Assembly: GCA_965215195.1 (NCBI GenBank)
Contig: CBDCDC010000001.1
Span: 800,001 to 864,000, forward strand
Direction of reading: 5' to 3'
Length of the DNA stretch: 64,000 nt
DNA from: Candidatus Latescibacterota bacterium
GTDB taxonomy: Bacteria > Latescibacterota > UBA2968 > UBA8231
In this document: piece by piece, positions 54,954-64,000 of the stretch
Layout of the letters: each line of letters begins with the position of its first letter
Position numbering within the stretch: the stretch's first letter is position 1
The notes under the pieces: generated by a model
Told to the model about the DNA's origin: nothing
The model's database searches: none
What the model saw: the letters and a program-made list of their open reading frames with translations, nothing else
Program-made: the position numbers and the translations under genes

Positions 54954-57029
54954 TCAGCGCACAACCGCGATTTTGTCCCTCACTAGCAGGGTGCCTTCGG
55001 GAGAGTGGATCGCATAGATATAGACGCCGTTGCCGACCAGTGTATCGGTATGGTTGACCCCGTACCACAGCACCTCGTTGGCCACGGCCCCCAAGCGCCG
55101 TTGTGCGTCGTCGTCCTCAATTGCTTCCCACACTAGATCGCCCGCTGGCCCAAAGACCCGCACCGCGGACTTGAGGGGCACACCGCTGAAGCGGAGCACG
55201 CTGCCGTTGCCGATGCGGAAGGGGTTGGGAAAGACCGCGATTTTCGACTGCGGCACTAGGCGCAAATGCTGGAAGACGCGGTTGTCGGCCTCGCTGACCT
55301 CGCCGATTTGTCCTTCTGCATCGACTTCGATCAAAAAGACCATCTCGCCAAATCGCTGCCAAGGAATGTGCACGTCCGCGCTCGCGCCCGGGGCCAATCC
55401 CTCCGAGGCCGTCGGTGCGCGGTGGATGACCTCGCACCGGCTGGAGTCCAGCGCACACCGCGAGACCCGCACCGAGAAGCTGCTGGCGACCGCGCCCAGC
55501 CCGATGTTGCTGACGCGGACGCGGAGATCGTCCGTGCGGTCGCCGCGCAGGTCGCCGGTGAAGACCGCCAAGTTCGGCGTACCTTCCCCCAACCCGTATT
55601 CGGCCAACGTCGCCACGGTTAGCTGGGTGGTGCGGCGCACCAGTTCCCAGTTGATGCTATCGGGCAAGTCGACGACCGAGTGGTATTGCGAGTTGATGCG
55701 GTAGCGGCCCTCGCGGACCCCGTACGTCGTCGAGTCCGTGGGCAGGTAGTTTTCAATGCCGAGAATCGCGTCGTAGCCCCGCGACCAGAACGGCGCGTGG
55801 TCGCTGAGGCGCGCCCCCCCGTCTTCGAGCAAGTCGATGTTCAGATCAATGGCATAGCGTTCGGCCACGGACGCCATCTGATCGCCTAGCCAGCGCGAGC
55901 CTAAATTCGTCACGATCTCCAGCCGCTGTTGCAAGTCGTTGAAGCCGATCATGTCGAAGTTGAGGACGCCGAGGATCGGGTCGTCGCGGGCAGCAGCTAA
56001 AGTGACATACGCTTGGCTGCCCAACAGGCCTAGCTCCTCGCCCGACCAAGCGATAAATAGGATGGACCAAGGGAAGCGCTGTCCGGCCAGCAGCCTCGCG
56101 CTCTCTAGGACCAAGGCCACGCCGGTGGCATTGTCGTCGGCGCCAGGCGCGGGGTCGCGTTGCCAGTCCCACCCCCCGGACGAGCGGGTGCCCGTGGCGT
56201 CGTAGTGGGCGCAGACAATGTAGTAGCCAGATGCCGGATCAGTGCCCGGCAGCGTACCAATGACGTTGTACGCGGTGGTGTCGATCGGTGCTTGTCCTGC
56301 GTTGCCCCGCCGCGCCGTGTGGGAGATGACGCGCCGCGAGTCAATGGGGAAGGACTGCAGCTCGACCGCCTCGTGGCCGAGGGCCGCGGCCAGTTGCGAG
56401 CGGATGTACTCGGTTGACTCGAGTATCTCTGGATGCACGGCAAAGCGGCTGCGGCTGTTGCCGGGGACGCTGCCCAACGCCGGGTCTTTCAGAGCGAGGG
56501 CTTCGACGTGGGCCTGCAAGCGCTCGGCGGCGACTTCCTCGATAAGGGCCGCCACAGCCGGCGCGGCCGTTTGCAGCCGGGCCTTGGGTACGCGGCGCGG
56601 CGCACCCAACCACCCGTCTAGGCTGTAGTTGTTGGGCAGCGGCCAGAGGAAGTGGGAGGCCTCGTGCAAGTGGGCGTTCTGCCCCACCCGCAAGAGCACC
56701 CATTCACCCCCCCCAGCAAAGACCAGCTCAACGCCTTGGGGCAGCGGCAGATGGAGGTGATCGGCAACAAAGTAGCGATCGCCCGCCTGCGGCCTGTCGA
56801 GGCAGAGGATGGCAAACCCTCGCCTTGTGAACTCGGCGACCGCGCCTTCGCTGGCCTCGACAAAAGCCACGCTCCGCGCCACGTAGCGCACCTGCTCGCT
56901 CAGCGCGGCGATCGCAGTTAGCTCGTTTGGCGAGTTCCAAGACACGCCGACCAAGGGCCAATCGGCCGAGGCGAATCCGCTAAAAATAAAAAAAAGAGAG
57001 GCGCACAACGCCCCTTTAAGTGAGTTCAT
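54954..57029 (-). CDS. M28 metallopeptidase with CARDB-like and FlgD/T9SS-CTD-like domains
   Basis: CAHYD, PGADDNATG, SGEELGLLGS, NFDMIG, SDHAPF. VDAEGQIGEVSEADN (CARDB), FPNPF...GVYIY. Confidence 0.88.
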   Translation of the reverse strand: MNSLKGALCASLFFIFSGFASADWPLVGVSWNSPNELTAIAALSEQVRYVARSVAFVEASEGAVAEFTRRGFAILCLDRPQAGDRYFVADHLHLPLPQGVELVFAGGGEWVLLRVGQNAHLHEASHFLWPLPNNYSLDGWLGAPRRVPKARLQTAAPAVAALIEEVAAERLQAHVEALALKDPALGSVPGNSRSRFAVHPEILESTEYIRSQLAAALGHEAVELQSFPIDSRRVISHTARRGNAGQAPIDTTAYNVIGTLPGTDPASGYYIVCAHYDATGTRSSGGWDWQRDPAPGADDNATGVALVLESARLLAGQRFPWSILFIAWSGEELGLLGSQAYVTLAAARDDPILGVLNFDMIGFNDLQQRLEIVTNLGSRWLGDQMASVAERYAIDLNIDLLEDGGARLSDHAPFWSRGYDAILGIENYLPTDSTTYGVREGRYRINSQYHSVVDLPDSINWELVRRTTQLTVATLAEYGLGEGTPNLAVFTGDLRGDRTDDLRVRVSNIGLGAVASSFSVRVSRCALDSSRCEVIHRAPTASEGLAPGASADVHIPWQRFGEMVFLIEVDAEGQIGEVSEADNRVFQHLRLVPQSKIAVFPNPFRIGNGSVLRFSGVPLKSAVRVFGPAGDLVWEAIEDDDAQRRLGAVANEVLWYGVNHTDTLVGNGVYIYAIHSPEGTLLVRDKIAVVR

Positions 57030-57064
57030 GGCTAGCTTACTTGTTGAGAAACAAAATGTTAGGG

Positions 57065-57093
57065 AACCTACTTTGCGGGTCTGGTCCTGTCAA
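57065..57093 (-). promoter_or_regulatory. Sigma70-type promoter of the M28 peptidase unit
   Basis: Minus strand TTGACA-N17-TAGGTT. Confidence 0.45.
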
Positions 57094-57156
57094 GAACAAA
57101 TATATAACGTTTGCTCGCTTGCTTGACCACCTAAGTACGACCCCTAATTTTCGTTA

Positions 57157-57443
57157 GAAGCGGTCTGCAAACCCTCGGCGAACCGCGTTGAGCAGCGGTT
57201 GAGCGGCCCTCGGGGGGAGCGTTTTTCGAGGGCGAGACGCCCGCGATCCTCGATTGTTTTCTACCTTACTACACGACACCAGCCCTCAGCCTGCCAAGGA
57301 TCGAGGGCATCTTGCCCTCGTCGAGGACGGGACGCCCGCGATCCCGGACCCAGCGGAAACCGCAGAAAAGGCGTACTCAAAGGTGGCGTGTACTAAGGTT
57401 TTCTACACACAGGGGACGATACCCAGAATTTTTAGACCGCTTC
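57157..57443. mobile_element. 287-bp composite MITE, outer element with IS5-like ends
   Basis: TIR GAAGCGGTCT (57157-57166) / AGACCGCTTC (57434-57443). TTA duplicated at 57154-57156 and 57444-57446. Confidence 0.8.
57265..57397. mobile_element. 133-bp inner MITE nested in the outer element
   Basis: TIR CTTACTACACGACACC / GGTGGCGTGTACTAAG (14/16). 9-bp duplication GTTTTCTAC at 57256-57264 and 57398-57406. REP-like palindrome inside. Confidence 0.8.
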
Positions 57444-57537
57444 TTAGGTACGCGGCTAGGCTGGTACAAGGACAACCGCAAGGGTTGCCTAGAGGGGCCG
57501 ATCTGGCGTCGCGCATAGCACCCATAAGCGAAAACTC

Positions 57538-58374
57538 TTGTCGCAACTCAGCGCGTTTTTTCTGTTGCCCCGGCCGGTCAACGGCCTGATCACCGCCCTC
57601 TCGGTCGGCATTGGCGCTTTGACCGCAGACCAAGCCCCCGCTTGGCCCGCCCTTCTGCTCGCCGCCCTTTCTGCCGCGTTAATCAACGGTGCCGGCAATG
57701 CCTTCAACGATTTGCTGGACCTAGACATCGACCGCATCAATCGCCCCCTGCGCCCCCTGCCGGCCGGCCGCCTCAGCCCGAGCGCGGCCCGAATGCAAAG
57801 CCTGCTCCTCGCCCTCGCCGGCTGCGCGCTCGCGTTCTTGCTCAGCCCTTGGCATGGGCTAATCGCCCTCGTCGTTGCCGCCTTGCTTGCTTTCTATAGT
57901 ATCTCCTTAAAAAACAGCCTGCTGTGGGGTAATGTACTCGTCGCCTTGGCCGGGGCCAGTGCCTTTCCCTACGGTGCCTTGGCGGCCGACGATATAGGGC
58001 GCTCGTGGATTCCGGCGCTCTTTGCTTTTCTCTTTCACTTGGGGCGAGAAATCGTCAAGGACCTCGAAGACGTCGCCGGCGATCAAATCCGCGGCGAGCG
58101 CACCTTGCCCCTTTCTTGGGGACGCGCCCAAGCTGCGGTGCTGGCAGCCTTCGTTTATCTGCTGTTGGTAGGGTTTACTTGGATGCCGTTTTTCACGGGC
58201 CTCTACGGCGCACTTTACGCGCTCGCATTGCTGCCGGTCCATGCCTTGGTCGGCTACGTCCTCTGGCAATTGTATCGCCAACGCGCGATACTGACCGACG
58301 ACCGCCTCGGCCGCTTGCTCAAAGTCGGCATGTTCTTGGGGCTTGGGGCCATTGTCGTCGGCGAAGCTAGCTAA
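57538..58374 (+). CDS. UbiA prenyltransferase, DGGGP-synthase-like subfamily
   Basis: GNAFNDLLDLDIDRINRPLRPLPAG and REIVKDLEDVAGD...TLP motifs. TTG start. Confidence 0.82.
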   Translation: MSQLSAFFLLPRPVNGLITALSVGIGALTADQAPAWPALLLAALSAALINGAGNAFNDLLDLDIDRINRPLRPLPAGRLSPSAARMQSLLLALAGCALAFLLSPWHGLIALVVAALLAFYSISLKNSLLWGNVLVALAGASAFPYGALAADDIGRSWIPALFAFLFHLGREIVKDLEDVAGDQIRGERTLPLSWGRAQAAVLAAFVYLLLVGFTWMPFFTGLYGALYALALLPVHALVGYVLWQLYRQRAILTDDRLGRLLKVGMFLGLGAIVVGEAS

Positions 58375-58501
58375 CCGCGTCCTTGCCGATCTTCAACCTG
58401 ACGCAACCAGGGGTACACTTCAATCCTGAGCCAGAGCAACAAGTTGCTTCGAGCGGACCTCGGCCTGATATTGGTTAGCACCGCTATCAAAGGAGCTGAA
58501 G

Positions 58502-59635
58502 GTGAAAATTACCGATGTCAAACCCATTCCCATCTGCTACGGATCGCGCAACTACCTCTTCGTCAAAGTCGAGACGGATGCCGGCTTGTACGGCGTCGGC
58601 GAGTTTGGCATTACCTGGAAGGAACAGGCCGGCATCGGGGCCATCGAACACATGAAGCGCCACATCATCGGCTTGGACCCGCTCAATACCGAATACATCT
58701 GGCAACTGCTCTTCCGCGTCGATTTCTTCCCCGGCGGCCGGATCAACGCGGCCGCCATGTCGGCCATTGACATCGCGCTGTGGGACATCAAGGGCAAGGC
58801 CCTCGGGCAACCCGTGTACATGCTCTTGGGCGGCAAGATGCGCGAGCGCGTCTTCTGCTACACCGGCATTGGCGGCAAGACGCCCGCAGACACCGCCCGC
58901 ACCGCCCAAGAGCGGGTCGCTGAGGGCTGGAAGTACCTGCGGATGTCGGTCTTTGACCGCGACGGGATCCTCGAGCCGCGCACGGCCGTCCGCGACTCCA
59001 TCGCCCACTTCGCGGCCGTGCGCGAGGCCGTCGGGCCGGAGGTCGAAATCTGCATTGACGTCCACACCCGCCTCGACCCGCCCGACACCATCCGCCTCGG
59101 TCGCCAGCTCGAGGAATACGACCCCTTCTTCATCGAGGATCCGCTGCGCTGCGAAAACCCCCAGACCTATCGCCAAGTGCGCCAGCACGTTAGCTGTCCG
59201 CTGGCCGTGGGCGAGCACTACGCGACCAAGTGGGAGTTTCGGCAGATGATCGAAGAGGAACTGATGGACTATGCGCGGATTGACCTGTGCATCGTCGGCG
59301 GGCTGACCGAAGCGCGCAAAGTGGCCAACTGGTGCGAGACTCACTACATCAAGATCGTTCCGCACAATCCCCTCGGCCCGGTCTCGGCCGCAGCCTGCGC
59401 CCATCTCGACATTGCCTGCGACAATTTCGCCGTGCAGGAGGGTGGCCTCGTGGGCCATCCCGTGATGGAGGACCTCTTCCCAGTGCAACTGCCCTACGAG
59501 GCCGGCTGCCTCTTGCCGCCGGCTCGCCCCGGCTTAGGCGTGGAGTTCGACGAAGAAGTTGCTCAACATCACGCCTTCAAATGGCTCGGCGGCCCGATCC
59601 TGCGTCGCGCCGACGGCTCGTTTACCAATTGGTAG
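58502..59635 (+). CDS. Mandelate racemase/muconate lactonizing family enzyme (galactonate dehydratase-like)
   Basis: SAIDIALWDIKGK, IDVH, FFIEDP, AVGE, VPHNPLGP. Confidence 0.9.
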   Translation: MKITDVKPIPICYGSRNYLFVKVETDAGLYGVGEFGITWKEQAGIGAIEHMKRHIIGLDPLNTEYIWQLLFRVDFFPGGRINAAAMSAIDIALWDIKGKALGQPVYMLLGGKMRERVFCYTGIGGKTPADTARTAQERVAEGWKYLRMSVFDRDGILEPRTAVRDSIAHFAAVREAVGPEVEICIDVHTRLDPPDTIRLGRQLEEYDPFFIEDPLRCENPQTYRQVRQHVSCPLAVGEHYATKWEFRQMIEEELMDYARIDLCIVGGLTEARKVANWCETHYIKIVPHNPLGPVSAAACAHLDIACDNFAVQEGGLVGHPVMEDLFPVQLPYEAGCLLPPARPGLGVEFDEEVAQHHAFKWLGGPILRRADGSFTNW

Positions 59636-59680
59636 TAGAGCTGGCCACCACTACCCCGACAAATTTGTAGGAAACCCGCT

Positions 59681-60958
59681 ATGGACCTATCCCCACCCCG
59701 CGGCACCCGCGATTTTTTTCCCGAAGACATGCGCCAGCAGAACTGGTTACTGGGCCATTTTCGCGCTGTGGCCGCCCTGTTCGCCTTTGAAGAATACGAC
59801 GCTCCGGTCGTGGAATCCGAGGGGCTCTACACGCGCAAGGCCGGCGAGGAAATCACGGACCAGCTCTACAACTTTGCCGACAAAGGGGGCCGCCGCCTAG
59901 CCCTGCGCCCGGAAATGACCCCGTCGCTGGCCCGGCTGGTGCTGCAAAAGGGCGGCTCCTTGGCCCTGCCCCTCAAGTGGTTCAGCATTCCCCAGTGTTG
60001 GCGCTACGAGCGCATGACCCGCGGTCGCAGACGCGAACACTATCAGTGGAACATGGACATTGTCGGCGTGTCTGCTGTGACCGCAGAAGCCGAGTTGCTC
60101 GCCGCCCTCACCACCTTTTTCGCGGGCCTCGGCCTCGGTCCCGCAGACATCGGCATTAAAGTATCCAATCGCAAAATTCTCCAAGGGCTGCTCGACGGCC
60201 TCGGTGTACCCGACGACCGCTTCGCCCCGGTGTGCGTCCTGATCGACAAATTGGAAAAAGTGCCGCGCGCGGCCATTGAGGGCGACATGGCGGCCCTGGG
60301 CCTAGACCGCGGCATGGTTGACCGCATTGTCGAGGTCCTCTCCTTGGACGAACTCGACCCGATAGCCGCCGCAATCGGGACCGACCATCCCGGTATTGCC
60401 GAATTGCGCCGGCTCTTCGACTTAGCCGCTGATTACGGCTACGCCGACTGGCTCTCTTTTGAGGCGAGTCTAGTGCGAGGGCTGGCCTATTATACGGGTA
60501 TTGTCTTTGAGGCTTTTGACCGCGGCGGCGATCTGCGCGCCATCTGCGGCGGGGGCCGCTACGACCGTCTGCTTTCGGCCTTTGGCGGCAAAGATGCGCC
60601 GGCCTGCGGTTTTGGCTGCGGCGACGCGGTCATCGTCGAATTCCTCAAGGACAAAGGGCTGCTGCCCGCTGTCCCCAAGGCCGTGGACGACCTAGTCTTT
60701 GCCTTCAACGCCGACCTGCGCCCGGCCGCCATGGACGTGGCGGCCCGCCTGCGGCAGGCCGGCCGCTCGGTTGACTTGATCCTCGAAGACAAAAAAGTCC
60801 GCTGGGCCTTTCGCCGCGCCGACCAGAACGGTGCCGCTCGGCTGGTCCTGCTGGCCCCCGACGAATGGGCCAACGGTCAGGTGCGGATCAAAACCCTATC
60901 CACCGGCGTCGAGGAAAACGTCCCTCTCGACCAGTTGACCGGAACGAGACGCGCATGA
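59681..60958 (+). CDS. hisS: Histidine--tRNA ligase
   Basis: PRGTRDFFP, LALRPEMTPSLAR, WRYER..RGRRREHYQ, RGLAYYTG, GGGRYD. Confidence 0.96.
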   Translation: MDLSPPRGTRDFFPEDMRQQNWLLGHFRAVAALFAFEEYDAPVVESEGLYTRKAGEEITDQLYNFADKGGRRLALRPEMTPSLARLVLQKGGSLALPLKWFSIPQCWRYERMTRGRRREHYQWNMDIVGVSAVTAEAELLAALTTFFAGLGLGPADIGIKVSNRKILQGLLDGLGVPDDRFAPVCVLIDKLEKVPRAAIEGDMAALGLDRGMVDRIVEVLSLDELDPIAAAIGTDHPGIAELRRLFDLAADYGYADWLSFEASLVRGLAYYTGIVFEAFDRGGDLRAICGGGRYDRLLSAFGGKDAPACGFGCGDAVIVEFLKDKGLLPAVPKAVDDLVFAFNADLRPAAMDVAARLRQAGRSVDLILEDKKVRWAFRRADQNGAARLVLLAPDEWANGQVRIKTLSTGVEENVPLDQLTGTRRA

Positions 60959-61926
60959 AAATTGGCCTCTGCGCTTGGAGCTTTACTGGCACTCACAAAG
61001 AAGCCGGCCGCGCCATTGACCCCCACACCCCTGAGGGCCTGACGCACTTGGCCCGCGACAACGGCCTCCACAGCGTCGAATTCGCCGCCCAATGGCTGGG
61101 CGATGGCTCGCCCGAGGAGCAGGCGGCCTTTGCCGAGACGCGCGCCAACCTCGATCTGTTTTTGGACACGGGCGGCGACAACTACGCCGCAGATATTGCG
61201 CCGCTGCGCCAAGCCATTGAGACAGCGCACCAAACCGGGGCCCGCGCCGTGCGCACGACCGTCAGCCGCATGGTCGAAGGCGACCGCACTGAATATGGTG
61301 CGGAGGGAATGCGGGACTACGTCGAAGCCTTGGTACAGCCCTTCAAAGAAGTCATGCCACTCGCCGAAGAATACGGCATTCCAGTGGGCATTGAAAACCA
61401 CCAAGATCTGTGTTCTTGGGAATTGCTGTCGCTGTGTGAAAAAGTCGGCAGCCCCCAGCTCGGCGTCACCATGGACGTGGGCAATGCCCTTGCCGTCGGC
61501 GAGCATCCCCTGTCTTTTGCCGAGCGCGTCTTGCCCATCCTCAAACACGTCCACATCAAGGACTACGCGGTGCATCCCACGCCCTCGGGCTACCGCCTCA
61601 AGCGTTGCGCCATTGGCGACGGGGTCGTGGATTGGCCGCAGATAATGGCACTCTTCGACCGCGAGGCTCCGCAAGTCCAAGGCTGCATTGAACTCGGCGC
61701 GAGCGTCGCCCGCCACATCCGCCTTTTGGAAGAGGACTGGTGGGCAACCTTTCCCCCAAGACCGCTTCCAGAGACCATCAACGCCATCCGCACTCTGCAT
61801 CAGGCGGCTGGCGATCCCGACGATTGGCAGACGCCACACGAGCGCGGAGAGAGTGGCAAGATGCGGGTTGCTTATGAGATGGAGCAGTTTGAGCGCTCGG
61901 TGGCCTATGTAAAGGAATCCTTGTAA
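60955..61926 (+). CDS. Sugar phosphate isomerase/epimerase family TIM-barrel protein
   Basis: GIENHQD, MDVGN, HVHIKDY, IGDGVVDW. ATG overlaps the hisS stop. Confidence 0.85.
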   Translation: MKIGLCAWSFTGTHKEAGRAIDPHTPEGLTHLARDNGLHSVEFAAQWLGDGSPEEQAAFAETRANLDLFLDTGGDNYAADIAPLRQAIETAHQTGARAVRTTVSRMVEGDRTEYGAEGMRDYVEALVQPFKEVMPLAEEYGIPVGIENHQDLCSWELLSLCEKVGSPQLGVTMDVGNALAVGEHPLSFAERVLPILKHVHIKDYAVHPTPSGYRLKRCAIGDGVVDWPQIMALFDREAPQVQGCIELGASVARHIRLLEEDWWATFPPRPLPETINAIRTLHQAAGDPDDWQTPHERGESGKMRVAYEMEQFERSVAYVKESL

Positions 61927-61963
61927 GCTATTCTTTAAGCCCTTTCACCCGAAAGCTCAAACC

Positions 61964-63460
61964 ATGCCCGACCGCCCCAACATCCTTTTCATAATGTCCG
62001 ACCAGCTCATCGCCGCCCTGACCGGTGCCTACGGCCATCCAGTCGTCCAGACCCCGCATCTGAATCGCCTCGCGGCCGAAGGCGTCCGCTTTGACGCTGC
62101 CTACACTCCTTTCCCCTTGTGCGCCCCAGGCCGCGCCTGCATCACCAGCGGACGCCACGCCTCTGAAATTGGTGCTTGGGACAACGGTGCGCTTTTGGCC
62201 GCGGATGTGCCGTCGTACGCCCACTACCTCAGCAACGCAGGCTACGACACTGTGCTCTCGGGCAAAATGCACTTCGTCGGCCCGGACCAGCTCCACGGCT
62301 TCCACCGCCGGCTGACGACCGACATCTACCCGCCCGACTTCTCGTGGGTCAAGGAAGAGTGGATTCGCATTAAGGAGACGAAGGGGGACGACTACGAGGA
62401 GGTCATGGGCAACCGCCCTACGTACAACGCCGGTGGCTACATCGGCCAAGCCGTGCAGGTCAACTTCTGGCACAATGCCCTTAGCTACGACGAAGAAACG
62501 CACTTCCGCGCCGTCGAGTACCTCCGCGCCCAACGCGGCGATACCCCCTTCTTGCTCTGCGCCTCCTTCCACCATCCGCACGAGCCATTCCACCCGCCGC
62601 AGGCGTACTGGGACCGCTACGCCGACGCCGAGATCGCCATCCCCGAATTTCCCGACCATCTCGATGAGACCTATTCGGCACTGGATCGCTGGCTCAACGC
62701 CTACCACGGCACCCGCCGCTTCAACCTGCGCGATCCAGCGAGCCTGCGCCGTCTGCACCGCGCGTACTACGGCTTGGTGACGTACCTCGACGACAAGGTC
62801 GGCGGCCTGCTGGCGACGCTGGAGGAAACGGACCTGCTCGACAATACGGTTGTGGTCTTTACCTCTGACCACGGCGACATGCTGTGCGAAAAGGAAATGG
62901 TGCAGAAGCGCTGTTTTTACGAGTGGTCTTGCCGCGTCCCCCTCATCGTCCGCTTCCCCGACCAATGGCAGGCCGGCACCACTGTCGAGACGCCGACCTC
63001 ACTCCTCGACCTGCTGCCGACGTTTTGCGAGTTGGCCGGTGTAGAGGCGAGCTTGCCCCACGACGGCACCAGCCTCCTGCCGATCATTGAGGGCCACAGT
63101 GCCGACCGCCACATCTTCGCCCAAGCCCACGAAGCGGTGGGCGCGCCCTGCATCATGATCCGCGAGGGCCAGTTCAAATACAATTACATCCACGGCCACC
63201 CGCCCCAGCTTTTTGACTTGGAAAGCGATCCCGGCGAGTGGAACAACCTCGCCGGTGCAGCCGCGTACGCCGCAACTGAAACGCGCCTGCGCGGGCTAAT
63301 CCTCGACCGCTTTGACCCCGATAAAATGGCTGCCGACAACCTCGACAGCCTCTACCGCCGCCGCCTAATCCGGGACGTGATGTACAAGCACGACGCCTCG
63401 TGGAACCACCATACGACCTTCGATCCGCGGCGAGGGGCGCTGGACCAGTATCGCCGCTAA
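61964..63460 (+). CDS. Sulfatase, choline-sulfatase-like
   Basis: PNILFIMSDQ, CAPGR (CxPxR), GKMHFVGPDQLHGF, TSDHGDML. Confidence 0.92.
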   Translation: MPDRPNILFIMSDQLIAALTGAYGHPVVQTPHLNRLAAEGVRFDAAYTPFPLCAPGRACITSGRHASEIGAWDNGALLAADVPSYAHYLSNAGYDTVLSGKMHFVGPDQLHGFHRRLTTDIYPPDFSWVKEEWIRIKETKGDDYEEVMGNRPTYNAGGYIGQAVQVNFWHNALSYDEETHFRAVEYLRAQRGDTPFLLCASFHHPHEPFHPPQAYWDRYADAEIAIPEFPDHLDETYSALDRWLNAYHGTRRFNLRDPASLRRLHRAYYGLVTYLDDKVGGLLATLEETDLLDNTVVVFTSDHGDMLCEKEMVQKRCFYEWSCRVPLIVRFPDQWQAGTTVETPTSLLDLLPTFCELAGVEASLPHDGTSLLPIIEGHSADRHIFAQAHEAVGAPCIMIREGQFKYNYIHGHPPQLFDLESDPGEWNNLAGAAAYAATETRLRGLILDRFDPDKMAADNLDSLYRRRLIRDVMYKHDASWNHHTTFDPRRGALDQYRR

Positions 63461-63561
63461 GCAAGCGCGTTGCGCCCCGAGCTGTTGGTAGCTATGGGTG
63501 GGGCGAAGCAAGGACCAGCAGAGTACAAAACCCAAATTCAGAGCTTCACTGCAGAGTGATA

Positions 63562-64000
63562 ATGGTGAAAAAACTGACGATTCCTCGTCTCAAGATAGAG
63601 GCCGCTGAGTTCGCTGCCCAAGAATCTACCCATGCGGAATCATCTCTTTTTGGCGTGACCGATGGCAAGGCAGTCGGCACTTATTTAGAGCAAAAATTTC
63701 AAGCGTATCTCCACAAAAAATATGATTACATCGAAGGATCTTCAGCTAAGGGAATTGATTTTCCTGAGTTGAATGTGGACATTAAAGTCACCAGTATTAG
63801 GCAGCCTCAATCTTCTTGTCCTTTCGAGTCGGCACGACAGAAAATTTACGGTCTCGGATACAACCTACTTGTATTCGTATATGAGAAGTCTGACGACGAG
63901 CGGACAAAGACAGGATGCCTAGATATTCACCACACAATTTTTGTCGATACGTCGCGAACCGCAGATTTTCAGACGACAAGTGGCATCTTGAGAATTCTTG
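63562..64000 (+). CDS. Type II restriction endonuclease, NspV-like, 3'-partial (absent from the ORF track)
   Basis: Manual translation: MVKKLTIPRLKIEAAEF...FGVTDGKAVGTYLEQKF...GIDFPELNVDIKVTSIRQPQSSCPF.SARQKIYGLGY. D..DIK catalytic motif. Similarity to R.NspV is recalled, not searched. Confidence 0.72.
   Translation, partial: MVKKLTIPRLKIEAAEFAAQESTHAESSLFGVTDGKAVGTYLEQKFQAYLHKKYDYIEGSSAKGIDFPELNVDIKVTSIRQPQSSCPFESARQKIYGLGYNLLVFVYEKSDDERTKTGCLDIHHTIFVDTSRTADFQTTSGILRIL

Noticed and set aside
57199-57740. Short ORFs between the M28 and UbiA genes
   Set aside because: They are translations of the nested MITE sequence, with the same peptides appearing at 23.1-23.3 kb.

Overview
A high-GC bacterial chromosomal window. 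FlgD/T9SS-like C-terminal domains, a sulfatase and a DGGGPS-like UbiA suggest an FCB-type lineage such as Latescibacterota or Gemmatimonadota (inference only). Left to right it holds: a GT2 glycosyltransferase interrupted by a 123-bp MITE, then a TPR gene; a sigma54-preceded NEW3-domain/TolC/ABC-ATPase operon; a YhdJ-like methyltransferase and a truncated restriction endonuclease inserted with a 64-bp duplication of the herA 3' end; nurA-HAS-herA, preceded by STAS/HATPase and STAS/HTH genes; an uncharacterised envelope cluster (FlgD-CTD protein, acidic-repeat putative beta-barrel, giant TPR, lipoprotein) interrupted by a frameshifted hicAB; core genes (mutM, clpP, GT39, two RND permeases plus adaptor, rhodanese, sirC-like); a ~15-kb type I R-M island; and then HAD, Uma2, M28 peptidase, a nested MITE-in-MITE, UbiA, an enolase-family enzyme, hisS, a TIM-barrel isomerase, a sulfatase and the start of an NspV-like type II endonuclease. 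In the R-M island, hsdS has two near-identical TRDs, and between hsdS and hsdR lie an Avs-like STAND NTPase and a four-gene ABC-ATPase / PD-(D/E)XK / small protein / HEPN cassette, the best candidate for an undescribed defence system. No rRNA, tRNA, CRISPR array, integrase or transposase was recognised. All family calls come from motif recognition by eye; no searches were run.
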